DNA of 56,782 nt, filler included, from Callorhinchus milii (lineage: Eukaryota): the NCBI RefSeq assembly GCF_018977255.1. It is 2 parts of 2 records of this genome, joined end to end, with 100 filler letters (N's around TTAATTAATTAA, not from the genome) between each part and the next. Parts side by side here need not be neighbours in the genome. Positions count along the whole stretch, not along the records: positions 1 to 28,346 come from NW_024705673.1; 1 more part is not named here. The stretch is one strand, 5' to 3'. This document shows positions 1-12,199 of the stretch, in pieces. Made by a program: the position numbers and the translations under genes. Each line of letters begins with the position of its first letter. Position 1 is the first letter of the stretch. The notes beneath the pieces were generated by a model. That model saw nothing but the letters and a program-made list of their open reading frames with translations. It did not search any database and had not been told where the DNA came from.

Positions 1-480
1 GAGAGAGATTAAGAGGCAGAAAGAGACTGTGTGCTTGTGAGAGTTAGATAAAGACTGTGTGTGAGAGACAGAGAGAATGTGCGTCTGAGGGGGAGAAAAT
101 GTGTGAGTGAAACAGAGAGATTGTGTATGAGTGAGACAGAGAGAATCTGTGTTTGTGTGTGTGAGAGAGAGAGACTGTGATTGTGAGAGACAGAGAGAGA
201 CTTTGTGTGTCTGTGACTGTGAGACTGTGTATGAGAGAGAGAGGAAGGGAGAGAGAGGGAGAGAGAGATCATGTGTGTGAGAGACAAAGAGACTGAGGGT
301 TTGTGTGATGGAGAGAGAGAGAGAGTCTGTGACTGAGAGAGGCAGAGAGAAAGATTGTGTGTGTGAGACAGAAAGAGACTGTGAGTTTGTGAGAGAACGA
401 CAGAAAGAGACTGTGTGTTTGTGAGAGAGAGACAGAAAGAGATTGCGTGTTTGTGAGAGAGGGAGACAGGGAGAGACTGC

Positions 481-512
<32 letters not shown>

Positions 513-2225
513 CAGAGAGAAAGCGTGTGAGAGAGAGACGATGTGTGGGAGAGGGAGGCTTAGTGTGTGCGTGAGAGAAAGACTATATGTGTGTGAGAGG
601 GAGAGACGGCATGTTTGTGTGTGTGTGACAGAGAGAGAGAGACTGTGTGTGAGAGACAGAAAATGTGTGTTTGTGAGAGAGACTGTGTGTGAAACAGAAA
701 GAGACTGTATGTTTGTGAGTGAGAGAGATATAAAGAGACTGTGTGATTGAGAGAGAGATAAACAGAAAGAGACTGAATGCTTTTGAGAGAGAGAGACAGA
801 AAGAGACGGTGTGACTGTGACAGAGAGACAGAGAAAGATTGTGTGTGTGAGTGTGTGTGTTTGCGTTTATGAGAGAGAGGGAGAGAGAGAGAGCGACTCT
901 GTATGTGTGAGAGAGTATGTGAGAGAGAGAGACTGTTTGAGTGAGAGAGAGAGACTGTGTGTTTGAGAGAGAGACGGTGTGTGTGTGTGAGAGAGAGAGA
1001 GACTCCGTGTGTGAGAGAGGGAGAGAGAGCGAGACTGTGTGTGTGTGTATGAGAGAGAGAGAGATACTCTGTGTGTGAGAGAGGCACAGCCGGATACTGT
1101 ATATGTGTGTTAGAGAGAGAGAGAGACATAGATAGAGACTATGTGAGTGTGTGTGAGAGAGAGAGTGACTGTGTGTGTGAGATAATAAGAGACTGTATGT
1201 GTGAGAGGCACAGAGAGTGACTGTTTGTGTGTGACTGAGAGACTGTGTATGTGAGAGAAATAGAGAGAGGGAGACCGTGTGTGAGAGAGACATAATGTGT
1301 GTCTGAGAGAGCCAAAGAGAGACTGCTTGTGTGATACAGAAAGAGATTGTGTGTTTGTGAGAGAGAAACAGAGAAAGACACTGTTTGTGAGAGAGTGGGA
1401 GAGAGAAAGTGTGTGTGAGAGAGAGACTATGTGTGTGTTAGAGACAGAGAGACTGCGTGTATGTATGAAAGAGAGAGGCTGTGTGTGAGAGAGAGAGTGA
1501 CTGTATTTGTGAGAGAGACTGTGTGTGTGTGAGAGAGAGACACTGTGTGTGTGGGAGACAGAGACTGTGTGTGTGAGAGAGAGCTGTGTCAAAAAGAGAG
1601 ACGTTGTGTGTGAGAGAGACTGTGTGTGTGAGAGAGAGACAATGTGTGTGTGAGAGAGTGAGATACTGTGTGTGAAAGATAGAGACTGTGTATGTGTGTG
1701 AGAGAGATTGTGTGTGTGTGAGATCGAGAGATTGTCTGTGAGAGAGAGAAAAACTGTGTGTGCGAGAGAGAGACTGTGTGTGTGAGAGGGAGAGACTGTG
1801 TGTGTGAGAGAGAGAGACTGTGTGTGTGAGAGAGACGGACTGTGTGTGTGTGTGAGAGAAAGAGAGAGAGTGTGTGAGTAAGATAGACACTGTGTGTGTG
1901 AGACAAAAAGAGACTGTGTGTGTGAGAGAGACTGTTTGTGTGTGAGAGAGAAACTGTGTGTGTGTGAGAGAGAGAGAGAGACGGTGTGTGTGAGAGAGAG
2001 AGAGACTGTGTGTGTGTGTGAGAGAGAGAGAGACTGTGTGTGTGTGTGAGAGAGAGGGAGACTGTGTGTGTGTGTGAGAGAGAGAGACTCTGTGTGTGTG
2101 TGTGTGTGTGTGTGACGGAGAGAGAGAATTTGTGTGTGTGAGAGAGAGACTGTGGGGAGATGTCTGTGTCTCTGTGTCTCTGTGTCTGTGTCTCTCTGTG
2201 TCTATGTCTCTGTGTCTCTGTGTCT
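1..2225. repeat. Compound (GA)n/(GT)n low-complexity satellite, loose unit GAGAGAGACTGTGTGTGT, flipping to (TGTCTC)n at the right end
   Basis: Directly visible alternating GA and GT tracts. All ORFs here are S/L/H/T or R/E/C/V low-complexity artefacts. Confidence 0.97.
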
Positions 2226-2249
2226 GACCCCCCCCCCTCCCCCCACATC

Positions 2250-2389
2250 CGAGGGCTCTGAGCCGCGCGGCATGCTGGGAGCTGTAGTTCCCGGGGGTCT
2301 GTGGCTGTGATGGTGACAGAGAGAGTGAGTGAGTGTGAGAGAGATAGCGACTGACCTGCGGACGTCATGTTTCTCTCTTTCCCTCTCTC

Positions 2390-2423
<34 letters not shown>

Positions 2424-2760
2424 TCCCTCTCTCTCTGTGTAACTGCTGCCGCCGCCATTGCCCTTTGTCTCTGTCTCTCGCTCTCTCTCTCTCTCTCGAG
2501 CTGCCGCCCACGGTCTCCGGGCACCTGACGCCATGACGCTTTCAGGATGCGCTCGAGCCGACGTCAGCACGTCCATTCGTCTCGGTGTACGTGTGTGTGT
2601 GTGTGTGCAGCTGTGACAGCACGTACGGCACCGCCACCCAGTGCTCGCCGCCATTGTGTACGGCGCCGCAAACCCTGCGCCGACGGCCATGTTGTACGGC
2701 GCCGCAAACCCACCGCTGACCGCCATGTTGTACGGCACAGCTTCTCCGCTATGTGGCTCT
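2250..2760. promoter_or_regulatory. CpG-rich promoter-like region with ZNF143/Staf (SBS) motif, CRE cores and tandem YY1-like sites
   Basis: Minus strand 2269-2290 reads GAACTACAGCTCCCAGCATGCC, matching the ACTACAnnTCCCAGnATGC motif. GACGTCA occurs at ~2361 and ~2560, and GCCATnnT cores at 2650, 2686 and 2722. CpG density is locally high. Confidence 0.6.
2646..2737 (+). repeat. 36-bp tandem repeat (~2.5 copies), GCCATGTTGTACGGCGCCGCAAACCCACCGCTGACC
   Basis: GCCAT...GTACGGC recurs with a period of 36 (2650, 2686, 2722). Confidence 0.85.
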
Positions 2761-2870
2761 CAACCTCTTTCTCTCTCACGTATTGACCTTGAGCGCCTCC
2801 AACCATTTAATACCTCCACTCTGTTCATTCGTTTCTTATTTGGCCTTCTGCTGCGAGGCGCCTGTTATAT

Positions 2871-4940
2871 AACAACAACAACAACAATATGATATTTATA
2901 GACGCCTCTCACGATGGGAGGACGTCCCACAGCGCTGAACATTCAGGTGTCGGGGCCCGAGCAGGGTGGCGGGGTGGGGGTGTGGGTTTGGTTAGGGCGG
3001 AGTGGTGGGGGTGAAGGGTGGGGGAGGGATCCTGTAGAGGTGGGGCTGATGGTGAGAGGTGGAGGGAAGGGTTTGTGTAGGGGTGGGGAAGCGGTGGTGT
3101 ATGCGTGGGGGAGTCGTGGTGTAGGGCTTAAGGAAGGCAGGGAGATGGGAAGTAGACCAAAGGCACGTTCGAACAGAAGGGATTAGATATCGGCTTTCAA
3201 GGAGGAAAGGGAGGAAGCGAGCAGAAGGGACCGTGGGATGGAGTTTCAGAGTATGGGGGTAGAGTGGCTGAAAGCCCGTCCACATATGGTCGGGCGGGAG
3301 ACATGCACCGGACCGGAGCATGAAAAACGGAGAGAGCGGGTCAGTTGGTAGGGAGTCAGGAGGTCAGAGAGGTAGGAGGGAACAAGGCCATGGATGGCCT
3401 TCAAGGTAAGGACCAGGATCGTGAACTGGATCCTCAGTGTAATGTGGAGCCAGTGGAGTCGGGCTAGGGTGGGAGTGATGGAGTCGCGGAGCCTGGTGCG
3501 TGACAGTACACGAGCTGCCGTGTTTTGGATGATCTGCAGCTTGTGAAGGGAAGAGTTGGGAAGGCCGATGAGGAGCGAGTTCTCGTCAACAAGCGTTGAG
3601 GTGACGGATACGTGGGTGAGGATTTCGGCAGCCTGAGGTGTGAGACAATGGCGGAGTCTGGCAATTTTGCGGAGGTGGTGTCAGGCAGTGCCGATAAATG
3701 CGCGGATGTGGGAGGAAAAGGACACATCAGGGTCAAACAAGTTGCCCAGGTTCCAGACTGGCTTAGTGAGGTTGAGTGCGCAGACGTGGAGGCTGATGAT
3801 GCCATTGACGGAGAAGCGGAGGCGATGGCGCGAAGCAATCAGGAGGATCCTGGTCTTGCTGATGTTGAGATGGAGAAAGTTGGCCCTCGTACAGGACTTG
3901 ATGTCTGACAGGCAGTCGGTCAGGACGCCAGTAGTTCTGGAGATCAGCGTGTTGTCAGAGAAGTAGAGTTGGGTGTCATCCGCATACACGTGGTTATTTA
4001 CCCCATTTCTGCGGATGACGCCACCAAGAGCGAGCGTGCAGAGGGTGAAAAAGAGGGGACAGAGGACAGAGCTCTGAGGAACACCGCAACAGACAATGCA
4101 GGGGCTGGAAGAGAAACTGTTTGCCACCACGAAGTGGAGGGGGTTTGAAGGATCGGAGCTGAACCAGTCAAGGACAGAAGCTTGAAAGTTGAGGTAGGAG
4201 GAGAGGCGCTGGTGGAGAATTGAATGGTCCACTGAGTCAAATGCGACGGAGAGGTCCAGTATGACGGGGAGGCAGAAGGAGCCCTGGTCACACACTGTCA
4301 GGATGTCGTTTGCGATCTTGACCAGAGCAGATTCCGAAACCCGATTGGAGGGGATCACGGGGGAGTGAGAGGAGAGCAAATAGCGAAGCTCGGAAGCAGC
4401 GGGTCTATCAAGCTCCTTGGATAGAAAGGGAAGACTTGAGATGGGCCAGTGGCTGAATAGCTGTGATGCGTCGAGGGAAAATTTCTTGAAATTGTGTGTG
4501 ACAGTGGCTGTTTTGAGGGGGGAAAGGAACATTGCAAGGTGACAGGGAGAGGTTAATGATGTCGGCGAGTAGTGCGACAAGAGGAGGGGAATGGATGGGG
4601 TCGAGAGAGCAGGTGGTGGACTTCATGGAGGTTACCCTGTTGAAGACAGAGGAGCTTGTGACAGGATCAAAGGTGCGGAAGGAGGGACGGGTAATTATCT
4701 AAAGGTTAATTGTGTGGGGTGGCGTGGGGAGGGTTTGGAAATTGGGAAGCAGTGGCAGCTCAGCGGATTCCCTTGATTTTGTACTCGAGGTTCTCAAGCA
4801 TTTCCTCGCAGTGAGAGTCAGAGGAAAGTGTCTGCGAGGCTTGTAGGGGTTGGTGAAGGAGCCGGTCAGTGGTGTAGAATAGGAGCCTTGATTGCCCTTC
4901 GCCGGTAGGATGAGCCTCAGAGAAGCAGCTCGTGAGCAGG
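2871..4940 (-). mobile_element. Decayed L2/CR1-clade LINE: ORF2 reverse transcriptase plus 3' UTR and (TTG)n tail
   Basis: ORF 3681-4580 has RT motifs LDLSVAFDSVDHSIL, GVPQSSVLCPLFF and YADDTQLY. Upstream is 'STTCSLDPI'. The (AAC)n tail on the + strand lies at ~2871-2887. The element is frameshifted. Confidence 0.92.
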
Positions 4941-5697
4941 AGCGGCGTAAATGTTTGAGGGGAGAATGCAGTACACAGAACAGCAAAATGGAAGCAGAAG
5001 GTATAAAATACAGGCAGATAAGAGACATGAACATAAGGACTCACCACCATGTCCAACTGGGTTGCCCAGTGATCAAAGTGGTGGGTTCAGCATGAAAGTT
5101 CCATAGGTAGTTCCACCTGCGGCACATAAGCGGCCAATTGAATGTTTCAATCCTTTCAGTAAATTCTGCAAAAGCGACACCAAGACTATCTGCAACAAAT
5201 CCATCCAACACATGATCATTGAACACATTGAATGGCGTGGGTGACCTTGCCTACAACCTCTTTCAAGGAGGAGGAATTCAACGAGTCCACTCTCGATCTT
5301 TGCTCGGATCTTGGAGCTAAAATAAACATTATGGATAGAAATTTTACCAGACTTAGCCAGGTTGGAGTTGAATTTTTCTTGATACTCACTTTCGTCTTGC
5401 GGTCATGAAGAGGCTTTGGATCGAAAGTCTTGCAGAAGACGAGGAACTTAACGTAGATATATTTACAATGACTAGAAAGCAACAATCTCTCCCAAATATT
5501 TCTAAACTGAACAGAAGAAAATCCTCAAGAGGACAGCAGAAAGCAACAAAGAAATTTCATATAGCGCTGAATGGCTTGGCAGAGCTTATTATCTCGAATT
5601 GCTTTGATGAGAAACCTCTGACCACTGAACTTGTCCCGACTATGTACGAATGAAACACAGCAAACACAGCATTCTTTCTTTGATAAACATGATGTAT

Positions 5698-6593
5698 TTA
5701 TTTGCAATGAATCAGAGTAAAAGGGTATTTGAACACATACTTCAGATCCTCTCTAAACTTTGTCTGGGTCACCGCATAGATAAACGTGTTTGTACAGGAA
5801 CTCAAAAGCTTAAGCATAAATCCCGTCTGTTGGAGGACATATCGATAGCTGTTGACTTGTAATTGATAATTATAATTTGTAATTGTCCATTTCAATGTAT
5901 AGATAATGTTCGTCATCCATAAGAGTATAAAACTTGCTGATATACCGAAGAGTAAAATAATGGATTTTCTTCGCTTTTCCATTTCTGGATCATTCTGTTT
6001 GTTCCAATTGTTATTGATCCGGATTCTCCGGCGTGTCCTGCTGGCTAATAAAATGTGTCTGATGGTCAGAGCATTGAAGAGGGAAATTAAAAGAAATACA
6101 ACCAGAGGAGTGAAAACTCTGTTGAACCATGCAAACACTCTCCATATTGGCAATGTAGAATAGCTTGGTTTTCCAAGGCAGTAAAATGGAAAATTGTTAA
6201 TGATTACCATAGGAGTAAATACAAAATACCATGGAATACTTTGTGCACAGTTTAGCAAAGTCAATGTTATAATAATATAAATAGCGGAATTCACAGTGCA
6301 ATATGTAGTTTTCAACTTCTGATGACAAATAGCCACAAAACGATCGAAAGTGAAAGCAACTGTAAACCAGACTGAACATTTTGTGGCTAAAGCCACCAAA
6401 ACAACTCTGATACTGCACACGGGAGTGTAAGATAAGAAACTAATCGGGAAATAAAAATTATTAATGCGATTGAATATTACATCAGTGATAATGACCATCA
6501 GATCTGCCGCTGCCACGCATACCAAGTAAAGAGTGACGCCTTTGGAGAGACCGCAATTTCCCCGGGCGAGGATCAGAATCGCCAACAAGTTAA
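5698..6593 (-). CDS. Class A GPCR, GPR139/GPR142-like, coding exon 2 (rest of TM1 to TM7)
   Basis: Hydrophobic TM segments with LVCVAAADL (TM2), FTFDRFVAIC (TM3), SASFILLW (TM6) and SSCTNTFIYAVTQTKFR (TM7/helix 8). A polypyrimidine acceptor TTTCTTCCTAG precedes 6593. Confidence 0.9.
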
Positions 6594-7891
6594 CTAGGAA
6601 GAAAGTAAGAGAAGCGAGACAATAATCAGAATCCATACAGTGTATCTGGCTCAGGGACTTCAAATCTGTTAATTTGGTTCCGTCGAGAATGAGTATCTTT
6701 GATGGCGAATTGAGTAGCCAATTTTTGGACAACAAAGTCCCCAAGGAAGCAAAGAATCAATTGACGAATTTTCTTTGTGTGATTGTTTGTCAGAACACCG
6801 GGTAAAGTGTCACTCTCTGCTCAAAATGTTATTGTTTTTTTAAAGTCAACCCGACCAGCCAAATAGTACATCTGTCTCATCGGAAGGAAGGTATTTCCAT
6901 CAATGCAAAGCATTTCCAATAATACACTTCTGTGTCAGCCTAGACTTTGCGTGTTACAGCACTGGAGGGTACTGCTTGGGGCTGAACTGCTTCCAAGTTG
7001 ACAAGCATCGCAAATTAGTGTCGGAAACGGGCCAGTTACATTATCAGAGATGAGGTACTTCAGATAAAATTTTCAACCGAGTTACCATGATCTGAAGGAC
7101 AGCATCTCTGACAGTGTACCTCTTCTCAGCATTGCAATGTGAACCTCGATTGTGAGTTCAATGTACCAAAATGGAGCTTAAACTGAGAGTCTTGCCTGTC
7201 GGGTGTCCGAAACATTCAGAAATCCAATTAAGTGTTCATCATATGTATGCCGAATACACAGGGAAATTTCCATGTGCCTCGATTGCAAAGAAAAATCTCC
7301 CGATCGATGTTTGTATCCTGTTTTCCAAACACTCAAGTTTACTCTGCGCAGAATGGGGAGTTGCTGACAGAGGGCCAAGATTTGCTGATCTCAGTCAGCT
7401 TATGCATTGCGGGCATTGCTGGAAACTAAGCAACTAAATACAGCATGGATGGCAATTAAATATACTGTCCGGTATGCTTTGCTGCTCCTTCTCTATCTCG
7501 CAACAACCTACGAGGTCGCGATTCGGCTTTCAGGGGTAACAGTTGCAGAGAGAGTCAATCCCTATTCGCTCCAGGTCGTACTGATGAGCCAGTCGGATTC
7601 AGCTTATTAACCGGGAGCAATATTCGGATGTACTCTCACTCTGACTTCCGACTCACGAACCTGCCTCAGCAACCATTATCGACACATCCAGAGGATTGAC
7701 TGGGTTATGAAATTCGTTTGCCAACTATTTCTTCATGGAACCAGTTCAGTTCCAAGGAGACAACAGTTACCTTCACCCTCCACCCACCGTGAATGTTTGA
7801 GTAAATTCACTGAGCCAGACAGAATGACAATTAACAGAATACACAGTGAGTCAAGGAGTTTCATAATAATTCTTATGTTAAAATATCTTAC

Positions 7892-7961
7892 CAGGAACTC
7901 CAACGGTTGCAAGAATGGGGTAGTAAATTACTTCCACGTCATAAATGGTGAAATATACCAT
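7892..7961 (-). CDS. GPR139/142-like GPCR coding exon 1 (MVYFTIYDVEVIYYPILATVGVP)
   Basis: ATG at 7961 starts a 70-nt exon ending CCTG|GTAAG. A phase-1 join to exon 2 gives ...VGVP-V-NLLAIL, an uninterrupted 321-aa protein. This exon is missing from the ORF track. Confidence 0.85.
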
Positions 7962-8352
7962 GTTTTCCAGCAGACAAGCACTCTTGCGTTTTTTGTGAAG
8001 GATGGCTTCTATGAACAGAATGAATTGGCAGCATGAAAAGAACTTTATAATAACGGCAATCCTCCTGGGAAGAATTAATTGGTATCATCATCGATGTTAT
8101 TTCACACTCATTGAACATATGTATTGCATGAAAAACAACTCTCTGACAGCGCAATGTTCTCAGATTGATTATTTCGACCAACAATTTATACCTGTAAAAT
8201 TATTTTTTGACTGTTGCAATAGTGAGACGTGACGTTCGCTGACAATTGCATCTTTTTAATGTAAATTGGATTCTTCTCTGATTATCAGTGCAGATTCACG
8301 TTTTCAAAAGCAGAGAGAGCCAAAGGTGGCCTAGTAGTTGGGGTCGACAGAG

Positions 8353-8393
8353 GGAGAGAGAAAGAGAGTATGTGAGCAAGAAAGCAAGAAAGC

Positions 8394-8425
<32 letters not shown>

Positions 8426-8426
8426 G
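8353..8426 (+). repeat. (GAAA)n microsatellite
   Basis: Directly visible. Confidence 0.9.
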
Positions 8427-8789
8427 ATTATCATGTGACGATCCGATGACAAGATTGTGTTGAACACTATTGTATTTTGCAACACCATTCAGGATCTACT
8501 GGAGATCTGTTAACAGTTTCTTTACTTCCATTCAACACGTCACTTAATCCATCATAACAACCATAACAATTTACGTTGAGTATTGTCTTTCATACCGGGA
8601 AGAGGACTCACATATATAAAGGATATTTGTGAAATAACGTGATGTTGAAATGTAAGGAATACTATAGGGCAGCATATTAGTTTGTTAATACAACATTATG
8701 CAATATTCAAAGACGTAAATATTCAAAAATAAATCCCCCCACCCCAGCACCGTTCTGACCTCCTGTTTCCTCAAAACAGTACACGTTGC

Positions 8790-9090
8790 CTTCGTTCCTC
8801 CGGGTCTGGCCTCCTCCTCGTCCCCCGATTACTCCGCTCCACATTCGGCGGCCGTGTCTTCAGCCACTGCGCCCGGAGGCTCCGGAACTGCCTTCCACAC
8901 TCCCTTCCCCTCGCTCCCGCCCTTCCCATTTTCAGGTCTCTGCTCAGGACCTTTGTTTTCGAGCGCGACTTTGGTCACATTCCCTCCCCTCCCACTGGCT
9001 CGGTCCCGTGATCCATTACGGTGAAGCGCTCTGAGACGCCGTCCGGCGTGGAGGGCGCTTGATACATCCAAGTTGTTGTTCTTGTTGTTG
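8790..9090 (+). mobile_element. L2 LINE 3' end fragment with (TTG)n tail
   Basis: Terminus GTGAAGCGCTCTGAGACGCC...GTGGAGGGCGCTTGATACATCCAAGTTGTTG. It resembles the reverse complement of 2871-3300. Confidence 0.75.
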
Positions 9091-9684
9091 TGAGCTGGAG
9101 CAGGAGGACATGGAAGCCTGTAACCCACATTGAATACATGGTAAAATAAAAAGGTCTAAAACATGAGAGCATAACATTTTCTGGGCGACAGAATACCAAG
9201 GCACACCGAGCCTACGTTCCACCATCGAGTTTACCTTCCAATCCATTGAGCGACAGAGACGTCTGTTGACACTTTTTGCAAGAAAAGTGCAGCTTTTGAT
9301 TGATATATTTGCTGTCACAAGCAATCCCTGGTTAATAAGGAACGACAACATCTGTAAATTAGATATTGAAAGTTAAAATCTGAATGCAAATAGATGGAAA
9401 CACTGACCACAGTGTGACGTGGGATTGTTTGCTCATCAGGCTTCGTGTTCTCCCACAACATACATTAAAGTGAAGTACAAATGGCCTTGAAATTTTATAT
9501 GGATCCAATCAGCAACTAATTTAGGAACAACGTTTTTTGAAGAATAACATGAAATGTAGGTAGAAATATAAGAGTTACGTATTCGCAGATAGCTTCCAGT
9601 TATTTTATTTAAACTGTGCTGGAATGCTTGGAAAATAAATATTGCGAGAAAGCTGACTGATGCCTGAAAAGGTTGTGGACGGAA

Positions 9685-9758
9685 GTTACTGTGGCGCAAT
9701 TGGTCAGCGCGGTCGGCTGCTAACCGAAAGGTTGGTGGTTCAAACACACCCAGGGACG
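9685..9758 (+). pseudogene. tRNA-Asn-derived gene with anticodon changed GTT>GCT; probable pseudo-tRNA
   Basis: Aligns end to end to vertebrate tRNA-Asn(GTT). The anticodon loop is CT-GCT-AA, with an A4:G69 acceptor-stem mismatch and a T-stem mismatch. Confidence 0.85.
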
Positions 9759-10234
9759 GTCCTCTCTGGAATAAATATATTATTCTTCAATTGCTTCCTC
9801 GCACGTGAATTAATTCAAGAAAAAACTTGATCGGCTCCGTTGTCTTTATTTTCAAAGTATTCCAATACCCTCCTCACTTGTTTCATTGACAAATTGGAAC
9901 ATCTCTTACTTCGTCTTGGAATTCAACGACTTCCTTCCTCCTATGTTCCGGAAGCATTCGGAATTTAAAAAGAAATTACTTGCTGGAAGATATTTAATTG
10001 TGTCGATGAATGGCATTGCTGGACCTGGAGGAGTGAAACTAATCTACGCTGGAATCAACGTGATCGAACGGCCAACGAAACAAACGCAATTTGAGGGTAT
10101 TGTCTCATGAACAAAAACGTTGACTTCCCGTTTGATCAATGGAAGAAGGAATAATTTTGTAAGCTTCTGCACACAGCTTTTCTGGTCAGAAATCACATCT
10201 GATCTGGACAATGTACGAGCTGAAGAAGATCATT

Positions 10235-10315
10235 TGATAGCGGTTGGATCCGAGCCCACGTCGGCTTAGAAAATGGAGCCTGTGTTCAGAGCCTTAGACA
10301 GCTGGGAAACGGTCT
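10235..10315 (-). pseudogene. Highly decayed tRNA-Leu remnant
   Basis: TGATAGCGGTTGGATCCGAGCCCACGTC...TGGAGCC...GCCTTAGAC parallels the better-preserved copy at 25493. Confidence 0.6.
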
Positions 10316-10424
10316 ACTCTGTTTGTGAAAAATGACGATAATTGAGATTGAGTGCGGTGTAGTAATCGAGCTCGAATTCCAGAACCTGGTGCCTTGTGAA
10401 TGAAGGTCGAAAAGGTTGCCTGCA

Positions 10425-10690
10425 CCTACAGTACAGGAAACACAAGGAAGGTAATTGTTATCTCAGTGCAGGAAGTGGGCAAGAAACATAGATAAAGTCA
10501 GTGTCAGCTCAGTGCAGGGGGTGGGCAAGAAACGGAGAGAAGTTCAGCGTTAGCTCAGTGCAGGATGTGGGCTGAGACAAACAGTGAAGGTAAGTGTTAG
10601 ATCAGTGCAGGAAGTGGGCAGAGACACACAGGGAAGGTCAGTGTTAGCTCAGTGCAGGAGGCGAGAAGACTGCGTATGTAAGCAAACCAG
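10425..10690 (+). repeat. 47-bp minisatellite, ~5 degenerate copies
   Basis: Recurrent GTTAGCTCAGTGCAGGAnGTGGGC. Same unit as 26120-26700. Confidence 0.85.
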
Positions 10691-10859
10691 AAAGAGAGGG
10701 TGGTGCTGCGGCGTGAAATCCCTGACCTTAAAGCCGGCCATTCAAGTACTTTCAGTGAGATGTGGGGTAATGTGGTGCGCTGTTTCTTGTGGTTGAGGGT
10801 ATGGAGTGACAGTTGGGTAAAGGTTTGGCAGACATCAAGTCCTGGACAGCAGCCAACTT

Positions 10860-11640
10860 CTTCCGGATTAATATTGGCAAGACAGAGGCACTTCTGGACT
10901 ACGATCAGCGCCTCCTCAGCTCAGGCGCTGAAAAGTATCACCTTTAATGGTTGCACACTACACCTCAGGAGCCAATGCGGAACCTCGGAGACCTGTTCTA
11001 CCATCTGCTGTCCATCAAACCCCACATTGGTGCCGTGACCTACTCCGCCTTTCCCCACCTCCGCAACATTTCCAGCATCCGCCACTGCCTCTCACCACAC
11101 ACTGCAATGACCCTTATCATCGCTTTTATCAGGTACCGACTTGACTGCATCAACTGTCTGGTCGTGGGACTCCCCATATCTTCCATCCATGAGCTGCATG
11201 TTATTAAGAACTCTGCAGCTGGTGTCCTCCCCATCCCTCAGAGAATTGAGTTGAGAACCCTCGTGCATAGCTTCCATGATATTCCGTGATACTGCCCCAC
11301 AACACTTCTGATGGTGTAATTCCATAAGAGCCTGCCCGCTCGCTTTGCCAGGTGGACACCAGCTTCAGTTCCCTTGCAATTTCTGCCTCATCATTGGCGT
11401 TCAGGCATTCAGCATATCTGCCTACTGTCTCCAGAACTATATCCCACAATCCAATCCTTCCACCTTACAATCTATATTGCCAACTGCAAGTCCCTTCCGA
11501 AGAGCTGCTCTTCTGCTACAACTTAGCAAACCCCCCAACCCCTTGCCCTCCAGCTCTCCAGAACCCAACTGGGGCTCGGGCCAAAATAGAATACCTCTGC
11601 TGCGTACTGGAATGTCTTTCTGACGTAAATGTTCCTTCAC
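10860..11640 (+). mobile_element. Decayed L2 LINE, 3' part of ORF2 and 3' UTR
   Basis: Translation SAFPHLRNISSIRHCLSPHTAMTLIIAFIRYRLDCINCLVVGLP is typical of the L2 ORF2 C-terminal region. Confidence 0.85.
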
Positions 11641-12199
11641 AAATGTATTTTTTTGTTTTGTTACGTGTATCTCCATCCGTTTTTTTTTCTGACTACACGT
11701 ATTGTGTATATACCTCTGTATATCTATCTGTCTGTGTACATCTGTCTGTGCCTATCTTTGACTATGTATATATCTCTCCGTGTCTGTGTCTGTCTATGTG
11801 TATCTCTCTCCTCTTATCGGTATGAAAGGGAATGACAAAAATTTTGTAGACTTCACTCCTCTGTTTTGGCCGCCGGTTCACCCAAGCCTTGGCTTCGGCA
11901 AACACACTGCCACTCTGAGTGTAGGCCAGATGGTGGTGTACAGCGGGGCAGGTTCTGTGCCTTCTCCCATCAAATCCACAACGTTGGGGTTTGAAGTGGC
12001 AGGATAGACTGTTGTGTCAGAATAATCTCCACAGTTTTCGCTTGATCGGCACTGAATCAACTGTAGAAATGGATCATTGTGTTTGATCATTTCTATTTCT
12101 CTACTTCTGTAGCAAACCTCTTGCCAAATGTGATCCTGCCTCGAGGGTGGTGATGTCTTCCAAAAGGTGTTTTCCTCTATCTAGCGGCCCAGTCTGATT

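Noticed and set aside
9..2368. Many overlapping long ORFs (up to 259 aa) rich in S/L/H/T
   Set aside because: These are translations of GA/GT dinucleotide satellite, which lacks stop codons by composition.
5041..5653. Possible coding remnant between the LINE and the GPCR
   Set aside because: Only short ORFs (82 aa or less on +) without a motif I can recognise, so it cannot be supported without a database search.
6594..6744. N-terminal 50 aa of the 348-aa GPCR ORF
   Set aside because: It starts at a non-ATG codon and lies upstream of a clear splice acceptor. The real exon 1 is at 7892-7961.
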